Positions 39,246 through 53,007 of a stretch of DNA of 64,000 nucleotides are shown one piece after another. Under the pieces are notes generated by a model. That model was given only the letters and a program-made list of their open reading frames with translations. It was not told where the DNA came from and ran no database searches. The position numbers and the translations under genes were made by a program. The DNA is from Stegostoma tigrinum. Taxonomy: Eukaryota. The stretch is taken from positions 2,728,001 through 2,792,000 of the forward strand of contig NC_081396.1 of assembly GCF_030684315.1 (NCBI RefSeq), in the 5' to 3' direction. Each line of letters starts with the position of its first letter. Within the stretch, counting starts at the first letter, position 1.

Positions 39246-42199
39246 CAAGAATGGAAAAGCAATCGGCAGAATGGCCTATTCTTGGTTCCCATTCTCATGG
39301 AATTGCAATTGATATTTGCTCGAAGTTGGACATTTCAGTATTATTACAGGCCTGATTTGAATTCACATCAGTTTCATGTTTTACAAGAACAGGCGAGACA
39401 CTTCAATTCCTCCTTGTTGTGACAAAACAAAAAGTCTTGACAGCATCATCACCAGGTCTCTGTCCCTGTTTGGAATGATCACATCCTTCCGATAATTTGG
39501 TAAGCAAACCCGTGTACCTCCAATTCTGTTAAATACTTATCAAATACAAACAAGGCCGCTCTGGAGAATGTGAAAGGCAGACAAAAATCCGTCAAAAACT
39601 ACTGTATCAAAGACCCTATTGGCATGTGGAGCGTGGAGTATCCACAAATTACACGTATTACAGACTATTTATCTCCACACACGCGCGCAAGTCTGTATCA
39701 CAAAAGTTCAAGGCAGGGTTTTGTCTCCCCTTCCTTCTGCTAACAAACATTCCGAAATCAGGAAGACAATGAAGAATTGAAAGACCCCTTTACACTGTTT
39801 CATTATGTGCTTTCAGTGATTGTACAGCTCAAATAATTGCGGACTAAATGTCCGTCTACATTCTAGCCAACAAAATCATGTAAAATACGGAATGGTTTAG
39901 ATGCTCCATCAAAGATTCACAAAATTAAGCACTGGCAGGCCGTGTAACAAGACAATTTCGATGTAGAACAAACCGCTCTGTTCACTTCAATATTAAATAT
40001 TCTATGAGATGTGCAATGAAGTTTAATTGTACACTAATTATGCATTACACTGAGCATCAAACAGTTATCAGCCATGAACAACACTGGAATGATACAATGA
40101 AAAGCCTTTTCAACACTGTCATAGTAAAGCCTTGCAACTTCGATACATTACCAATCAGAGGCTGAGCAAAGGCCACTCTATGGATTCCCGATAATTCCTT
40201 TCAGATCACCGAATACTCAAACGTTCTCGGGGGGAAAAAGTGCCTTACTGACTCAAATCTCTGCAGGAAATAAAGGCGCATTAGTTGGGCTGACAGAATA
40301 TGTGAGTTCAGCGTTGACTTCATGCTATGGAGAAAAAAAAACATTGTCCGATTGTGGGGAGGAAAAGCAACGTGTCAGATACAACAAAAAGGGAGAAAGC
40401 GGGAAGAGATGAATGAGAGAGAGAGAGAGAGAAGCAGAAACATTGCTTGTGCAATATACCTTCCAATTAGAGATGCATGCTTTCACAAAATGTTGCAATT
40501 CGATTCTACATCATATTACTTATATTTTTAAAAAATACTCCATCAATTAGTATTACATTCCGTTGAGTCGTTGGCATATTTGCTACTATTTGTGCACTGT
40601 ATTCGTGGGGAAATATACATTGCTTTTTTGTTGTTTTGTAATCTATTTTGAGAGTTTTTTTTCCGTATCATTTACATAAACGCTTCAGTGGTTTCAAAAG
40701 CCTTGATGGCGATCACCCCAGATGAACAAAGTTATTTCTGGATAAGTCTTGAATCAAAACATGCTAATTTAAGTATGCTGACTGTTGGCAGAAATGAATA
40801 CACATTTCCTGAGCATCAAATGCAACAGATGTTGCTTATTACCAAAAGTTAAACAAAATGTTAAAGTTTAATTCAAGTTAAGAAATCATTTCTGGAAATT
40901 CTGCAGCCTCAGTCAATGCAGCATTTCCGTCCAACTGGATTTACTCGGCACGTCCCATGATTTATACTTTTATCTGTTAAGGCAGACAATATATCCAAGG
41001 GGTCAGCATAGCTCAAAGGTAGTTTTGGAATATTCAGGTAAAATACTTGATGTGAAATCAGGAACTGCTAAGGCAATTTCAGTTAATTAATATAGTTTTT
41101 GTCAGGTTTAGTCACGCTTATATTTTCTTTTCTACTTTCATGGAGCGTTGGCTATATATCCCTATTCCCAATCGCCCATTGAGTGGTTCGCTGAGGCCAT
41201 TTCAGAAGGCAGTCAATTATTTTTACTGTCGCTCTGCAGGCCAGACGAGGTAAGGGCGATAGATATTTTTTCTAACGGTTGTTGGTGGTTCGCCGCTTTT
41301 GCGTTTTTTTCCATTGACACTGGTTACATTGTCGCCATTCGGCCTGCGTTGTCAATCCAGGATTTCTTTTAATTGAAATTTCACCAGCGGCAAACACTGG
41401 GATTTCAATCCCTGTCCAATGAACATCAAACTAGGAATCGGGAATGCTGTTCCAGTGATAGTACTCTGTGATGCAATGTTAGAAATGCAGAAAATACGCT
41501 CATAAAGCTGCCACAAACAGGCATTAAATCTGACAGTACACGTCATAAATAAATAGTAGTGCGAAATACTGGGGAGAATTCTTTTTCTGTTTACACAACA
41601 TCACGGGAGATTTTGAACATAATCATCGATCTAAAAACTGCACGTGATTCTCTGAACAAACTTATCCAGCTGGTGTTTCCATGATTCGTACTCTGTCTTT
41701 GCGTTAGATTTCCTGACACAACCACGCATTGAACTTGTTGAATTGTTGGTTTAGATGTGAACAAGTTAGTTAGACTTTTCAAGAATGTGGTCATCATCTA
41801 CCTTTTTGAAACCCTGCTGTCTAGACTAATAATGATTTGTGATTCTAAAGAAGCTTTAATACAACTGATTGGCTTCTTAGTCAGGTTAGGAGCAGTGAAG
41901 GAACAGGTGCTGTACTTTTGTAAAGTAGGACAGGCAGGTAAGAAGTACAGACCTCCTTCTCTGCATGACAATACTGAGCCTCGCAAGGAGATTCAAACCT
42001 TAGGTAAGGCTAAGATTATCGTTATTTATGCTCGAATTTCCATTTCATATCCATGAACACAATTGAAATATTAGCAATGGATCTTCATTGCAAGTCTTTT
42101 GATAGCTTATCAATTCCTCATGTTGCCTTTTTCGCCCAGTTGTTGAAATGGCACGTTACATTCAAGGACTTTTTTTTGCTTTGACTCGATGGGCAGACT

Positions 42200-45100
42200 G
42201 TCAGTACCCGTCTCTCGTTTCACTTCTGAAGATGGTGATGACAGCCTGTCTAAAATGCCACAGTACAAAACGCCCTTGGTAAGGGAATTCCAGGATTTGA
42301 CCCAGTTACAGAGTAGGATCAATGATATATTTCCACCTCAGGCTGTCAGTAGCTTGGAGGGGATGCTGCACGTAGTGTGGTTCCCAGGTATCTGCTGCTC
42401 TTATCCTACAAAATGGGAATGGGAATAGGTTAACAAGGTGCTGCCTAATAATGTTGGTAAATTTCCACATTTTTATCTTGTAGATTGTATGTGCTGTAAC
42501 TGTTCAGCATCAGATTTGGAGGCACTGGATGTTTGTGAAAATGCTGCCAATCAAGCAGGTTACTTCTTCCTGGATGATGTCAAGCTTCTTGGATGTAGTT
42601 GGAGATGCACCCATCCATACACGTGAGAAGGTATGCGAACAACTCCTTATTCTTGCCTTTTAGATGGCCGCGTGTCTGTGGGGAGTCAGGAGGGAGAGTT
42701 ATGTGGCACAGTACTACTCGCCACTGGTCTGCTCTTGTCACCATTGTTTTAATATGGCCTATCCAGTTCAGTTTCTAGTCATTGACAACCTCCAGAATGT
42801 GAATACTGAAGGATGTTCACATTCTGGGGGTTGTCAATGACTAGAAAGTGACAGTAACACCATTGACTGTACAAGGGCCGTGATTAGATTGTCTCTTCCT
42901 GTCAATGGTCATTGTCTGGCATTTTTTGTAGTGTCAATGCTATTTGCCACTTGACAGCGCAAGTTGGGATATTGCTCAGATCTGGTTGGATTTGAATATG
43001 AGCTGCTTCTGTATCTACAGTGTCTGAAAATGTGCTGAGCATTGTGTTATCTTCAGTGGACATTTTATTTCTGATCTTATGCTGGAGGGAAGGTCATTGA
43101 TGAAGCAGCTGAAGACGATTGGCCTGCGACACTATATTTAGGAACTGTAACAGGCATGCACTGGAGCTGAGGTGAATCACCTCCAACAACCATAACCGCT
43201 TCTTATGTAGCAGTTATGACTCCAGACAGAGAAATGCTTGTCACCTCATACTCATTGATTCCAGTTTGGCTCTGTCTCCTTGAAGCCATCCTTAGTCGAA
43301 ACCGACCTTGATGTCAAGGGCTGTCAGTCTTCCCTCAGTGCTGGAATTCAGTTCTTTGTCCATGTTTTAATGAAGTCTGTAATTCAGTCAGGAGCTGAGT
43401 GGCCATTTCATTAGCACACGCAACCGAGCAAGTTACTGCTGAGCCGATGCTGCTTAATAGCACTTTTGATGGTACCTTCGAAAACTTCACTTGTGATTGG
43501 GAGCAGACTGATGATGCAGTAATTAGCTGGCGTGAATTGATCCACTTTCTGTGTACAGGGCATCCCTGGTTAATTTTCCATGTTGTTGGACAAATTCTGA
43601 TGTTGTTGCTGTAATGGAAGAGTAGAACATTCTGGAGTACAGGTCTTAAGTACTATCGCCAGAATTTTGTCAGGGCCTATGACCTTTGCAGTACTGAGCG
43701 CTCTCCCAACTGACATCACGTGGCATGAATTCAATTGCTTGAAGACTGGTATCTGTAATGTTGCTGCCACTGGAGGAGGCCGAGATAAATCATTCACTTT
43801 GCAGTTCTGTTTGAACGTTGCTGTGAATGTTTCAGCTTCACCTTTTGCACTGATATGTTGATCTCTGCCATTGCTGGAGGTGAGAATATCTGCCTGCACC
43901 TCTGAAAATAATTGTTTAATTGATCATCACAATTCACGACTTGATGTGGCACCACTTCATAAATTTGGTCTAATCCATTTGCTCTGAGATTGCTTAACAT
44001 TGTTTATCACTTGCTGTTTATGCTGTTCAGCACGTGAATATTACCTGAGTGCAGCTTCAGAATGTTGACACTTCTTTTGAAAGTATGCCCAATGCTGTTC
44101 CTGGGATTCCTTCCTCAGCTTTATACTAAATCAGGGCTGATCCTTTCTCTTGCTCACATTGATTGAGTGGAGAATATGCAGGACGATGGAGTTGCAGATT
44201 ATGCTGGAATATAATTCTGATTCTGTTGACGGCCAAATCAACCTCATGAATGCCAAGAGTTGAGTTACCAGATCTGTCCCATTTAGCATGCTGATCAAGT
44301 GAGGCAACATGCTGTAGAGTGTTCTCAATGCGAAAGTGGTAATTCTTCGACACAGGACTATAAGATGATCACTGTTTTGATTCTGTCAATAACAGATGCA
44401 TCTGCAGCCAGTATCTGGTACGGATGAGATCGACGATGAAGTTTCCCTCTCGTTGGTTCCCTCACTAACGACTGCATGGCTAGCCTGGGGTCCATGTCGT
44501 TTTGGATCTGATCAGCTCGAAAATAGTGTTGCTGCCTTGGTACTCCAAAAGGTGGATATTCAAATTCACCACCTGAAGTACATTTTGCTTCCTTGCCACA
44601 TTCAGTGCTTTCCCAAGTGCTGTCAACATTGAGGAGAACTGATCCATCAGCGAGGAGAAGATTGTTCACAGCAATTAGAAGGTGATACCTGTGCCCAGAT
44701 TTAAACTTGAAGGCATGAAATTGCATGTGGCCTAGAATTAATGTTGAGGACTCAAAAGCAACTCCCTGCCGACTGTAAACTATTGTGCTACCACCTCTGG
44801 TACTCCTGCAGTTGGGACAGGGCATTTCAGGGAAGGTGTAGTGTTTGTATTACTGTGTTTGAACGATGAATTCAGCAGGCTGTCGCATTGCTAGTCCGTG
44901 AGAAAGATATCCAAAATTTTGCACCAGACCCCCAGTTGTATCTAAGGAGGATGTTGCAGGCTCAATGTGGTTGTTTCTCCTGAAGACTCTTCCAGGATGT
45001 TGGTCAAGGCCAGGTGCTCAATCTACATTCATTTCTTTGTTTGGATTTTGCAAATTGAATCAATTGAAAGGGGTTGCTCGGGCAGTTGCGAGTCAACAAC

Positions 45101-45355
45101 GTTGCTTTGGGACTGGAGTTTCACCCTGGGCTAAACAGGGTGAGCATGGCAAATATCCTTCCCTGAAGGAAATTATTGATGTGGCTTTCTGAAAATGGAT
45201 AATGTTTTAACTGTCATCAGTCGTTCCAGACATATGTATTTAAATTCAAATTCCACAATTTACCATCACGAGATTCAAATGCGTATTCCCAAAACGTTCG
45301 CTGAGTTTACTGAATTAATAATCAAGTGACAATACCTCTTGACCATCGCTTCCCC
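42200..45355 (-). mobile_element. Old, near full-length single-ORF LINE (CR1/L2 group, clade uncertain) with SINE-like 5' head
   Basis: APE remnants (RGGSTIVY, VREPTRGK) and pre-RT AKVIGPDKILAIVLKTC on the minus strand; the 5' end is homologous to 38988-39245. Confidence 0.65.
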
Positions 45356-45379
45356 TTGAAGTGGGTATTGAAAGCAAGT

Positions 45380-46740
45380 GACCACTTATCCTTTACATTT
45401 TGGAGGTTCAAACCATGCATCGTTTATTCTCTTGACTTTACAGTCATCTAAAATGCTTTACTTTGACAGGTTTCAGAGTAATGATCTATCATCCATCTTC
45501 TGTCCGACAGGCAAATCATCTGTATCATATCATCGTGTAAGGTTTTCCTCCTGGCTAATTGCAATGCCACACATCTTTCACCTCATCTATGAATTGACTG
45601 ATTGAAGTTCCTATATTCATGACTAGATCATCAATATGCATCACAAACCACAAAGGATGCACCAAAATCTTGCAAAACCTCACTGGACACAAGGCTTCTT
45701 CAAAAAGGCTACCTTCTGTCATTACACTTTGCTTTCTTCCACCAAGTTGGATACAATTTCCAAAATTGTACTGGGTCCCAAGGATTTTTAACTCACTTCA
45801 GATGAAAGAGCTCATCAGAAACCTTTGTTGCCTCTTTGGAACATGGTATCAATGACGTCTGACATGATATCACTCCCAAAAATGTCATTTTGATTTTTTT
45901 TTTAAAAACTTATGTTTTCCTACTTTTAGTGAATGTCCTCTCTCTCCAATAATTTCCATTGCACTGATGCTAGACTCAATAGATTATAATGTAATTCCCC
46001 GAATGATCTTTGCAAAAATTCTTGAATCTTCACACTGGCAGACAATCAGTGCTCTGGCATTTTCTTGTTGTACATAAACAATTTGAAAATTCACACCAGG
46101 GCCCTTATAATCTATTCCCTTTCTTAGGATATTAGGGCATGTATCTTATGCAATTTTATGCCCTCGAGAACCACAAATATTTCTTTTTTCTGTCCCAATT
46201 GAACATTTTTGAATTACCACAGCATTCTTACCAGATTTATATCTCTGGTGGGGGCAGATTTAAAGTACAGGATCAAAAAACTGAAGTCTTCCAGCTCCAC
46301 CACAGCTAGCGATTCAGTTTTCAAATGGGTCCCAATCTTCCCCTCAGTATGTTCTTGTTCTTTACATATCCATGTAATGTCTTTTAACTATTCCTCTATT
46401 ATAATCACGTTTCTTTTCTTAATGAAAACAAAGCTTCCTCTTTACTTTTCTGAATTATTTTAAACAATCCCCGTGTTTTCTACTTTTTTCTTGCATTTCT
46501 GATCTTCTGAGATTGCATTATCCACCATAAATGTAGATTTTTTCCTTCTCTGATCCTTTACATTTTTCCATCTATTTTGACCTTTGGGATTTTTGCTACT
46601 CGTCTTCATCTTTCAGGAACATTTTGAATCTACAATCTCATCATTTCTCATTGGAAAAACTTCCAGTTCTCTAGTGTATGCTTTCCTGTTGGTACTTACT
46701 CCTGAACCACTTTTGTTACGTCCAGTCACATCCAATTCAA
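45380..46740 (-). mobile_element. Highly decayed CR1-like sequence
   Basis: Resembles the minus-strand CR1 fragments at 37.3-38.1 kb and 61 kb. Confidence 0.45.
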
Positions 46741-46750
46741 AACCTTTATA

Positions 46751-46842
46751 GTGAGTTTTGAGAAGATTTGTAGCTCAGGTTGAGGTTCTGAATGTGAGGT
46801 TGCTCACTGAGCTGGAAGGTTAGTTTTCAGACGTTTCGTCAC
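46751..46842 (-). mobile_element. Penelope family B pLTR, 3' part beginning at hammerhead stem II (left arm of host element)
   Basis: Minus strand gtgacgaaacgtctgaaaac...ttctcaaaactcac matches 63543-63634. Confidence 0.92.
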
Positions 46843-49800
46843 TTTTTTTTATTTGAAAAAATATACTTTAAAACATATTTACACACCTACCCAGTCATGC
46901 AAGTCGCTCCGGGTTACCCAGGGGGTACATACACCAACTAAAGGAAAAAAAACAAAGAAGGAAAAAAAAACAAAGCAGAGAAAACACCCGGCAGTCGTCA
47001 CACCGCACAGTCCCAGTTGGCCCCCTGACCAGTTGGGGAAGGCGCCAGCTGGGCCCAGTTACCAGATAGGGCCCTTTTTTCTATTCTGGACGAGGGGTTT
47101 CATACGGTGGTCTTTCCCCACCGCGCCTTGGCGGCGGCTGCCCCAAGCTTTAGCGCGTCCCTCAGCACGTAGTCCTGAACCTTGGAGTGCGCCAGTCTGC
47201 AACACTCGGTCGGGGTCAATTCATTCAGCTGGCAGACCAGCAAGTTGCGGGCAGACCAAAGAGCATCTTTCACTGCATTGATGGTCCTCCAGGCGCAGTT
47301 GATGTTGGTCTCGGTGTGCGTCCCCGGAAACAGCCCGTAGAGCACGGAGTGCCGCATCACGGAGCTGCTCGGGTCGAACCTCGACAAATACCGCTGCATC
47401 CCCCTCCACACCTCCTGCGCATAGGCACACTCCAGAAGGAGGTGATCAACAGTCTCGTCCCCTCCGCAGCCACCTCGAGGGCAGCATGCGGTGGCACAGA
47501 GATTCCAGGCATGCATAAAGGATCTCACTGGCAGAGCCCCTCTCACCGCCAGCCAAGCAATGTCCTTGTGCTTGTTTGAAAGTTCTGGCGATGAGGCATT
47601 CTGCCAAACGACTTTGGCAGTCTGCGTGGGGAACCACACGACGGGATCCACCCTCTCCTTTTCCCGAAGGGTCCTAAGGATACTACGTGCTGACCACTGC
47701 CTGACGGCCTTGTGGTCAAAGGTGTTTCCCTTCAAAAATTTCTCCACGAAGGACAGGTGGTACGGGACGGTCCAACTACTCGGAGCGTTCCGCGGCAATG
47801 AGACCAGGCCCATCCTTCGCAACACCGGGGACAGGTAGAACCTCAGTAAGTAGTGACACTTGGTGTTTGCGTACTGAGGATCTACGCACAGCTTGATGCA
47901 GCCACACACAAAGGTAGCCGTCAGGGCGAGGGTGGCATTCGGTACGCCCTTTCCCCCATTTTCCAGGTCTTTGTACATGGTGTCCCTGTGGACCCGGTCC
48001 ATCCTCGACCCCCAAATGAAGTGGAAGATGTCCTGGGAGACTGCAGCAGCGCAGGCCCAGGGAATAGGCCAGTCCTGCGCCAGATACAACAGTACCGAAA
48101 GCCCCTCACACCTGACAACCAGGTTCTTACCCGCGATGGAGAGGGACCGGAGCGTCCACCTGCCCAGCTTCTGCTTCAATTTGGTGATACGCTCCTCCCA
48201 AGTCTTAGTGCACGCCCCAGCTCCACCAAACCAAATACCCAGCACCTTCATGTAGTCTGTCCTGACGGTGAAGGGGATGAAGGAGCGGTCGTCCCAGTTC
48301 CCGAAGAACATGACTTCGCTCTTACCCCGATTGACTTTGGCACCCGAGGCCAGTTCACACTGGCCGCAGATGTCCAATAGTCTACTCACCGACCGACGAT
48401 CGGTGCAGAAGACGGCGACATCATCCATGTACAGGGAGGTCTTGACCTGAAGGCCTCCGCTGCCTGGGATAGTCACACCCTTCAGGCTCACGTCCTTCCT
48501 GATGGATGCAGCGAAGGGCTCCACACAGCACACGAACAAGGCAGGAGAGAGCGGGCAGCCCTGCCTGACTCCAGATCTGACAGGAAAACTGTCCGATTCC
48601 CACCCGTTGATCGAGACTGCTCTAACGATGTTGGCGTAGAGCAGCCGGATCCAATTGCGGATGCCCTCCCCGAACCCCAATTTGGAGAGGACGTCCCTCA
48701 TGTAAGCATGAGAGATCCTGTCGAAGGCCTTCTCCTGGTCCAGGCTGATGAGCCAGGTGTCCACCCGCCTGTCCTGTACGTAGGCGATTGTATTCCTGAT
48801 GAGCGCGAGGCTCTCAGCGATCTTCCTGCCCGGCACAGCACAGGTTTGGCCAGGGAGAATCACTAACTCCAGGACAGACCTGACCCGGTTGGCTATGGCC
48901 TTGGCCAGGATTTTGTTCAAAAGTGAAATGGGACGCCAATTCTTAATTTCTTCCCTCTCCCCCTTCCTCTTGTAAATGAGGGTGATGATGCCCTTCTTCA
49001 TGGACTTGCACATTTCCCCTGCCCGAAGTGCACTATCGTACACCTCCAGCAGGTCCTGGCCGACCAGGCCCCACAGAGCGGAATACAGCTCGACTGGTAA
49101 GCCGTCACTTCCGGGAGTCCTATTCCTCTCCAAGGGCTTGAGGGCTCTGGTCAGCTCGTCCAGGTATATCGGCTGGTCCAGCCACTCCCTCGTGCCGTCG
49201 TCGAAGACCTCCATGATAGACAACAGGAATGACTCAGAGGCCGTGCTGTCTGTGGGCTTCGTGTCGGACAGTCCGGCATAGAAGGATCTGCTGATCCACA
49301 AAATGTCGGGCTGAGACGACGTCACCGAGCCATTGTCCTCCTTCAGCCGGCTAAGCACAGTGCTCTCTTTGTGCACCTTCTGAAAGAAGAAACGTGAGCA
49401 CGTCTCATCCTGCTCCACGGAGCGGACCCTGGACCGGAAGATTATCTGGGAGGCCTCCGCAGCGAAGAGCGAGGCTTGCTGGCCCCTCACCTCCCGGAGG
49501 TCCTCCATGATATCGACCCCCATCAACAGCAGAAGGAGCAGGTTCTGCACCCTTTTATGGAGTCGCGACAGCTTTCCCCGCCTCTCTCTCGCCTTCTGAA
49601 CACCCTTGAGGACAAAGAACCTCTTGATGTTCTCCTTCACCATCTCCCACCAGTCGCCCGGAGACTCAAAGAGCGGTTTCACGGTTCTCCAAACGGCGTA
49701 CTCCCTCTTAAGCTCCTTGACGTTCTCTGGGGTTGACAGAGTCGTGTTGAGCTTCTACGTCCCCTTGCTGGCCGGCTGGTCGTCCTGTAAGTGACAGTCG

Positions 49801-51202
49801 GCCAGCAGGAGGCAGTGGTCAGAGAAGATCACCAGCTTGACGCCGGTGGACCTGACCGAGAACGTCCGTGACACAAACAGGAAGTCTATCCTTGAGCGGA
49901 TAGACCCGTCTGGCCGCGACCAGGTGTACCTCCGCTGCACTCCGTCTGCAGGGGTGCTGAAGATGTTGAGCAGCTTGGCGTCCTTCACCGTGCCCATCAG
50001 GAATCTGGACGTGACGTCCAGTTGACTCCCCCCACCTGCTGTCCCCACGCTGGATCTTCCATCTGCATCAATGATGCAGTTGAAGTCTCCGCCTAGGATG
50101 ACCGGCCTGGGCGTAGCCAGCAGGGGTGGAAGCCGCTGCAGGATGGCCAACCGCTGTCCCGTACCTGCTGAGGTGCGGTATCCCGCACTCCTGCAGAAAC
50201 AGGAGGTCCGCCTTGATGGTGGTCAGGTAGGCCAACGTGGACACACATCTTGTGGTGGACCTGACACTGCGCACATTAATGCTCGCAACTCGTACCCCCA
50301 TTGTGGGCAGTGACCTCAGTACCCTCCCCAAGTCCAAGGTCCGGCCACTCCATCTGTCCCTTCATGCCCATTGCCCAGGCTAACTGCTGGACGCTCTCCG
50401 GGCTCAGGAAACAGTCCGTGCTGCCTTCCGGGTGGCATCCCCCCGTCAGGGGTGCGGAGGCAGAGGGTCCGGCTCTGGGTCAGGCTGGGGACACGCAGTT
50501 TCCTCCTTCCTGCCTGGAAGTTCCGGGGGATCCTCCAGTGCCCCAGCAGCACTTGACTGGGTGTCAGAGGGAGCCTCAGGACGCCTCCTGTCACCTGGAA
50601 GCGGGGTGCTGTTTTCCTTCTCCCTCAAGATCTTTAACTTCTGCTTCGGGTGGGCCCTCTCCGAATTCCCCTCGTCAGGGGAGCTCTTATAGCCCCCCTG
50701 TAGCTGCCTCTTCCCGCCTGATGGTTGCGGTTCCTGGGCCCGTCGACGCACCTTCCTCCTCGCTTTCCGGACTGTGGTCCACTCCCCTGGGTCGCCTGTC
50801 GTCGCCTTCATCGACTCCGGGTTGTCGGGGGGGGAGTGGAGCCTGGAGGGGCGCTTTGCTGGCCTCGGGCCCATCCTTCTGGGCTGGGCCCTCCTGCACG
50901 GCCTGGCTCTTCTGCACATTAGTGGGGTCCTTGCAGGGCCCTGGTGCCTTCCTCTCCTCCGGGGGGGGGGGGGGGGGGGGTCGCTGGCCTGCATTGCCCC
51001 TGCCGGCAACCTGGGCGTAGGTGGTCCCCCGCCGCGGGCATGCCCTCTAGAGGTGGCCCGCTTCCCCACGAAGGTTGCAGCTTTTTTCTTGTGGGCAATC
51101 CTTTGCAAGGTGTCCCTCCTCCCTGCAGTTCCTACAGATGGTGGCTTTGCAGTCGGCCGCCACGTGACCTGACCTACCACAGGCATGGCAGACTTTAGGT
51201 TG
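46843..51202 (-). mobile_element. Tx1-clade (L1 group) non-LTR retrotransposon, copy 1; 5'-truncated within ORF1, 3' end intact with A tail
   Basis: ORF2 50301->47100 (APE broken by a deletion and a stop; RT SGVRQGCPLSP/YMDD; C-terminal CxxxxC...HLLLEC); CCHC knuckles at 51030-51190; T8 at 46843-46850. Confidence 0.93.
47100..50301 (-). pseudogene. Tx1 ORF2 (APE-RT-zf), copy 1; RT part open for 860 codons
   Basis: Track ORFs 50068-50337, 49755-50150 and 47100-49682. Confidence 0.9.
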
Positions 51203-51327
51203 GTGATGTTCATCACCAACGCAGGAAATGACATCACCAACCCAAGGAAACCTAACCAGATAAATAGAAAGCGGGACATAACACCAGCGCTTCGTCAGAG
51301 GCTCACTGTTGATGTTACCTAGAATGG
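51199..51327 (+). mobile_element. Penelope family B inversion centre and right-arm pLTR up to hammerhead stem II
   Basis: Palindrome gttggtgatg-tt-catcaccaac at 51199-51220; the sequence from about 51225 to 51327 matches 63441-63543 with 8 mismatches in about 103 nt. Confidence 0.92.
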
Positions 51328-51539
51328 GACTGATTATCTGGCAACAAACCTTCCAGCTCAGTGAGCCAGCTTACTTCAGGAACAAAATAAAGACCCACTC
51401 TCTTGTGGCCCGAGAGGAGGACAGTGCTGTGTTGGAGGTGAAAGGAGGACGTCGGGTTGGCTGTGCACCCTTGCAACCAGTGGATCTTAATGCTGGCTTC
51501 GGCCTAACGCTGGTTCAGAGGAGCAGCCAACCTGCAACG

Positions 51540-53007
51540 ATGGCTGCAGCAAGTGCTCGTGCCCCAGGTCAAGGGATCCGGAACACCATCCGTGTTTCCG
51601 TAAAGAAGGTGGATGAGGGTGCACCTGTGGACCGCACCTTCTTTGTGAAGAGGATCCTGTTGGACTGTTGTGGGTTCTCTGCTGCAGACATTTACTGCCT
51701 GCAGGATTTCCCCCGAGGGGGTTTTTACGACGTGACCTTCAGGAGTGCCAAGCTTTGCGAGCGCTTCCTGGAGGTTTTCGAGGAGAAAGGAGGTGAGGGC
51801 CCCCTCTCTGTATTGACCGCTGTCCCGCTGTTTGTGATGCCAGCGCAGAGGAGCCGTATGGTGACTGTAAACATGTACAACCCGCATGTGCCAGCATTTG
51901 ATGTCCTGACCTTCCTTGGAAGGTACGTGAAGGTGGAAGGGGACCTAACTGACTTCATGGACCCCTTTGGCATCTGGACCAGTAAGAGGCAAGTCAGGGT
52001 GACGCTGAGGATGGGCGCGGACAGGAACATTGTACACCCACTGTCCAGCTTCGCGATCGGCGGGAGTAAGGGCTACCTGACCTACGCAGGGCAACCTAAA
52101 GTCTGCCATGCCTGTGGTAGGTCAGGTCACGTGGCTGCTGACTGCAAAGCCACCATCTGCAGGAACTGCAGGGAGGAGGGACACCTTGCAAAGGATTGCC
52201 CACAAGAAAAAAGCTGCAACCTTCGTGGGGAAGCAGGCCACCTCTATAGGGCATGCCTGCGGCGGGGGACCACCTACACTCAGGTCGCCAGCAGGGACAA
52301 TGCGGGGCTAGCCTGCCCAGAGGAGAGGAAGGCACCAGGGCCCAGCAAGGACCCCACTAATGTGCAGGAGGGCCACGTTGTGCGGGAGGGCCCAGCCCCG
52401 CAGGATGGGCCCGAGGCCAGCAAAGCGCCCCTGCAGGCTCCGCTCCCCCCTCCCCGACAAGCCGGAGTTGATGGAGGTGGCGACAGGTGACCCAGGGGAG
52501 TGGATGACAGTCTGGAAAGCGAGGAGGAAGGCGAGTCGGCGGGCCCAGGAACCACAACCATCAGGCGGGAAGAGGCAGCTACAGGGGGGCTATAAGAGCT
52601 CCTCTGACGAGGGAGATTTGGAGGGGGCCCACCCGAAGCAGAAGCTAAAGATCTCAAGGGAGAAGGAAGGCAGCACCCTGCTTCCAGGTGACGGGAGGCA
52701 TCCTGAGGCTCCATCCAACACCCAGCCATGTGCCACTGGGGCCCTGGAGGGCCACCCGGACCTTCCAGGCACGAAGGAGGAAACTGCGCGCCCCCAGCCT
52801 GACCCAGAGCCGGACTCTCCTGCCTCCGTACCCCCGATGGGGGGATGCGACCCGGAAGGCAGCACGGACGGTTTCCTGAGCCCAGAGAGCATCCAGCAGT
52901 TAGCCCGGGCAATGGGCATGAAGGGACAGATGGAGGGGCTGGACCTTGGACTTGGGGAGGGTACTGCGGTCACTGCCCACAATGGGGGTACGAGTTGCGA
53001 GCATTAA
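51540..53007 (+). pseudogene. Tx1 ORF1 (ZCCHC3-like N-terminal region plus three CCHC knuckles), frameshifted near 52450
   Basis: DIYCLQDFP..GFYDVTF, Y.GQPKVCHACGRSGHVAADC, CRNCREEGHLAKDC, CNLRGEAGHLYRAC. Confidence 0.88.

Noticed and set aside
39712-39730. ggttttgt nonamer-like RSS
   Set aside because: No heptamer at 12/23 spacing and no J-like WGxG ORF.
44845-44865. tattactgtg resembling a V-segment YYC end
   Set aside because: No heptamer/nonamer or V framework, and it lies within a LINE.
51309-52490. Possible host gene ZCCHC3
   Set aside because: Followed directly by an APE-RT ORF2, frameshifted and present twice; it is a transposon ORF1.
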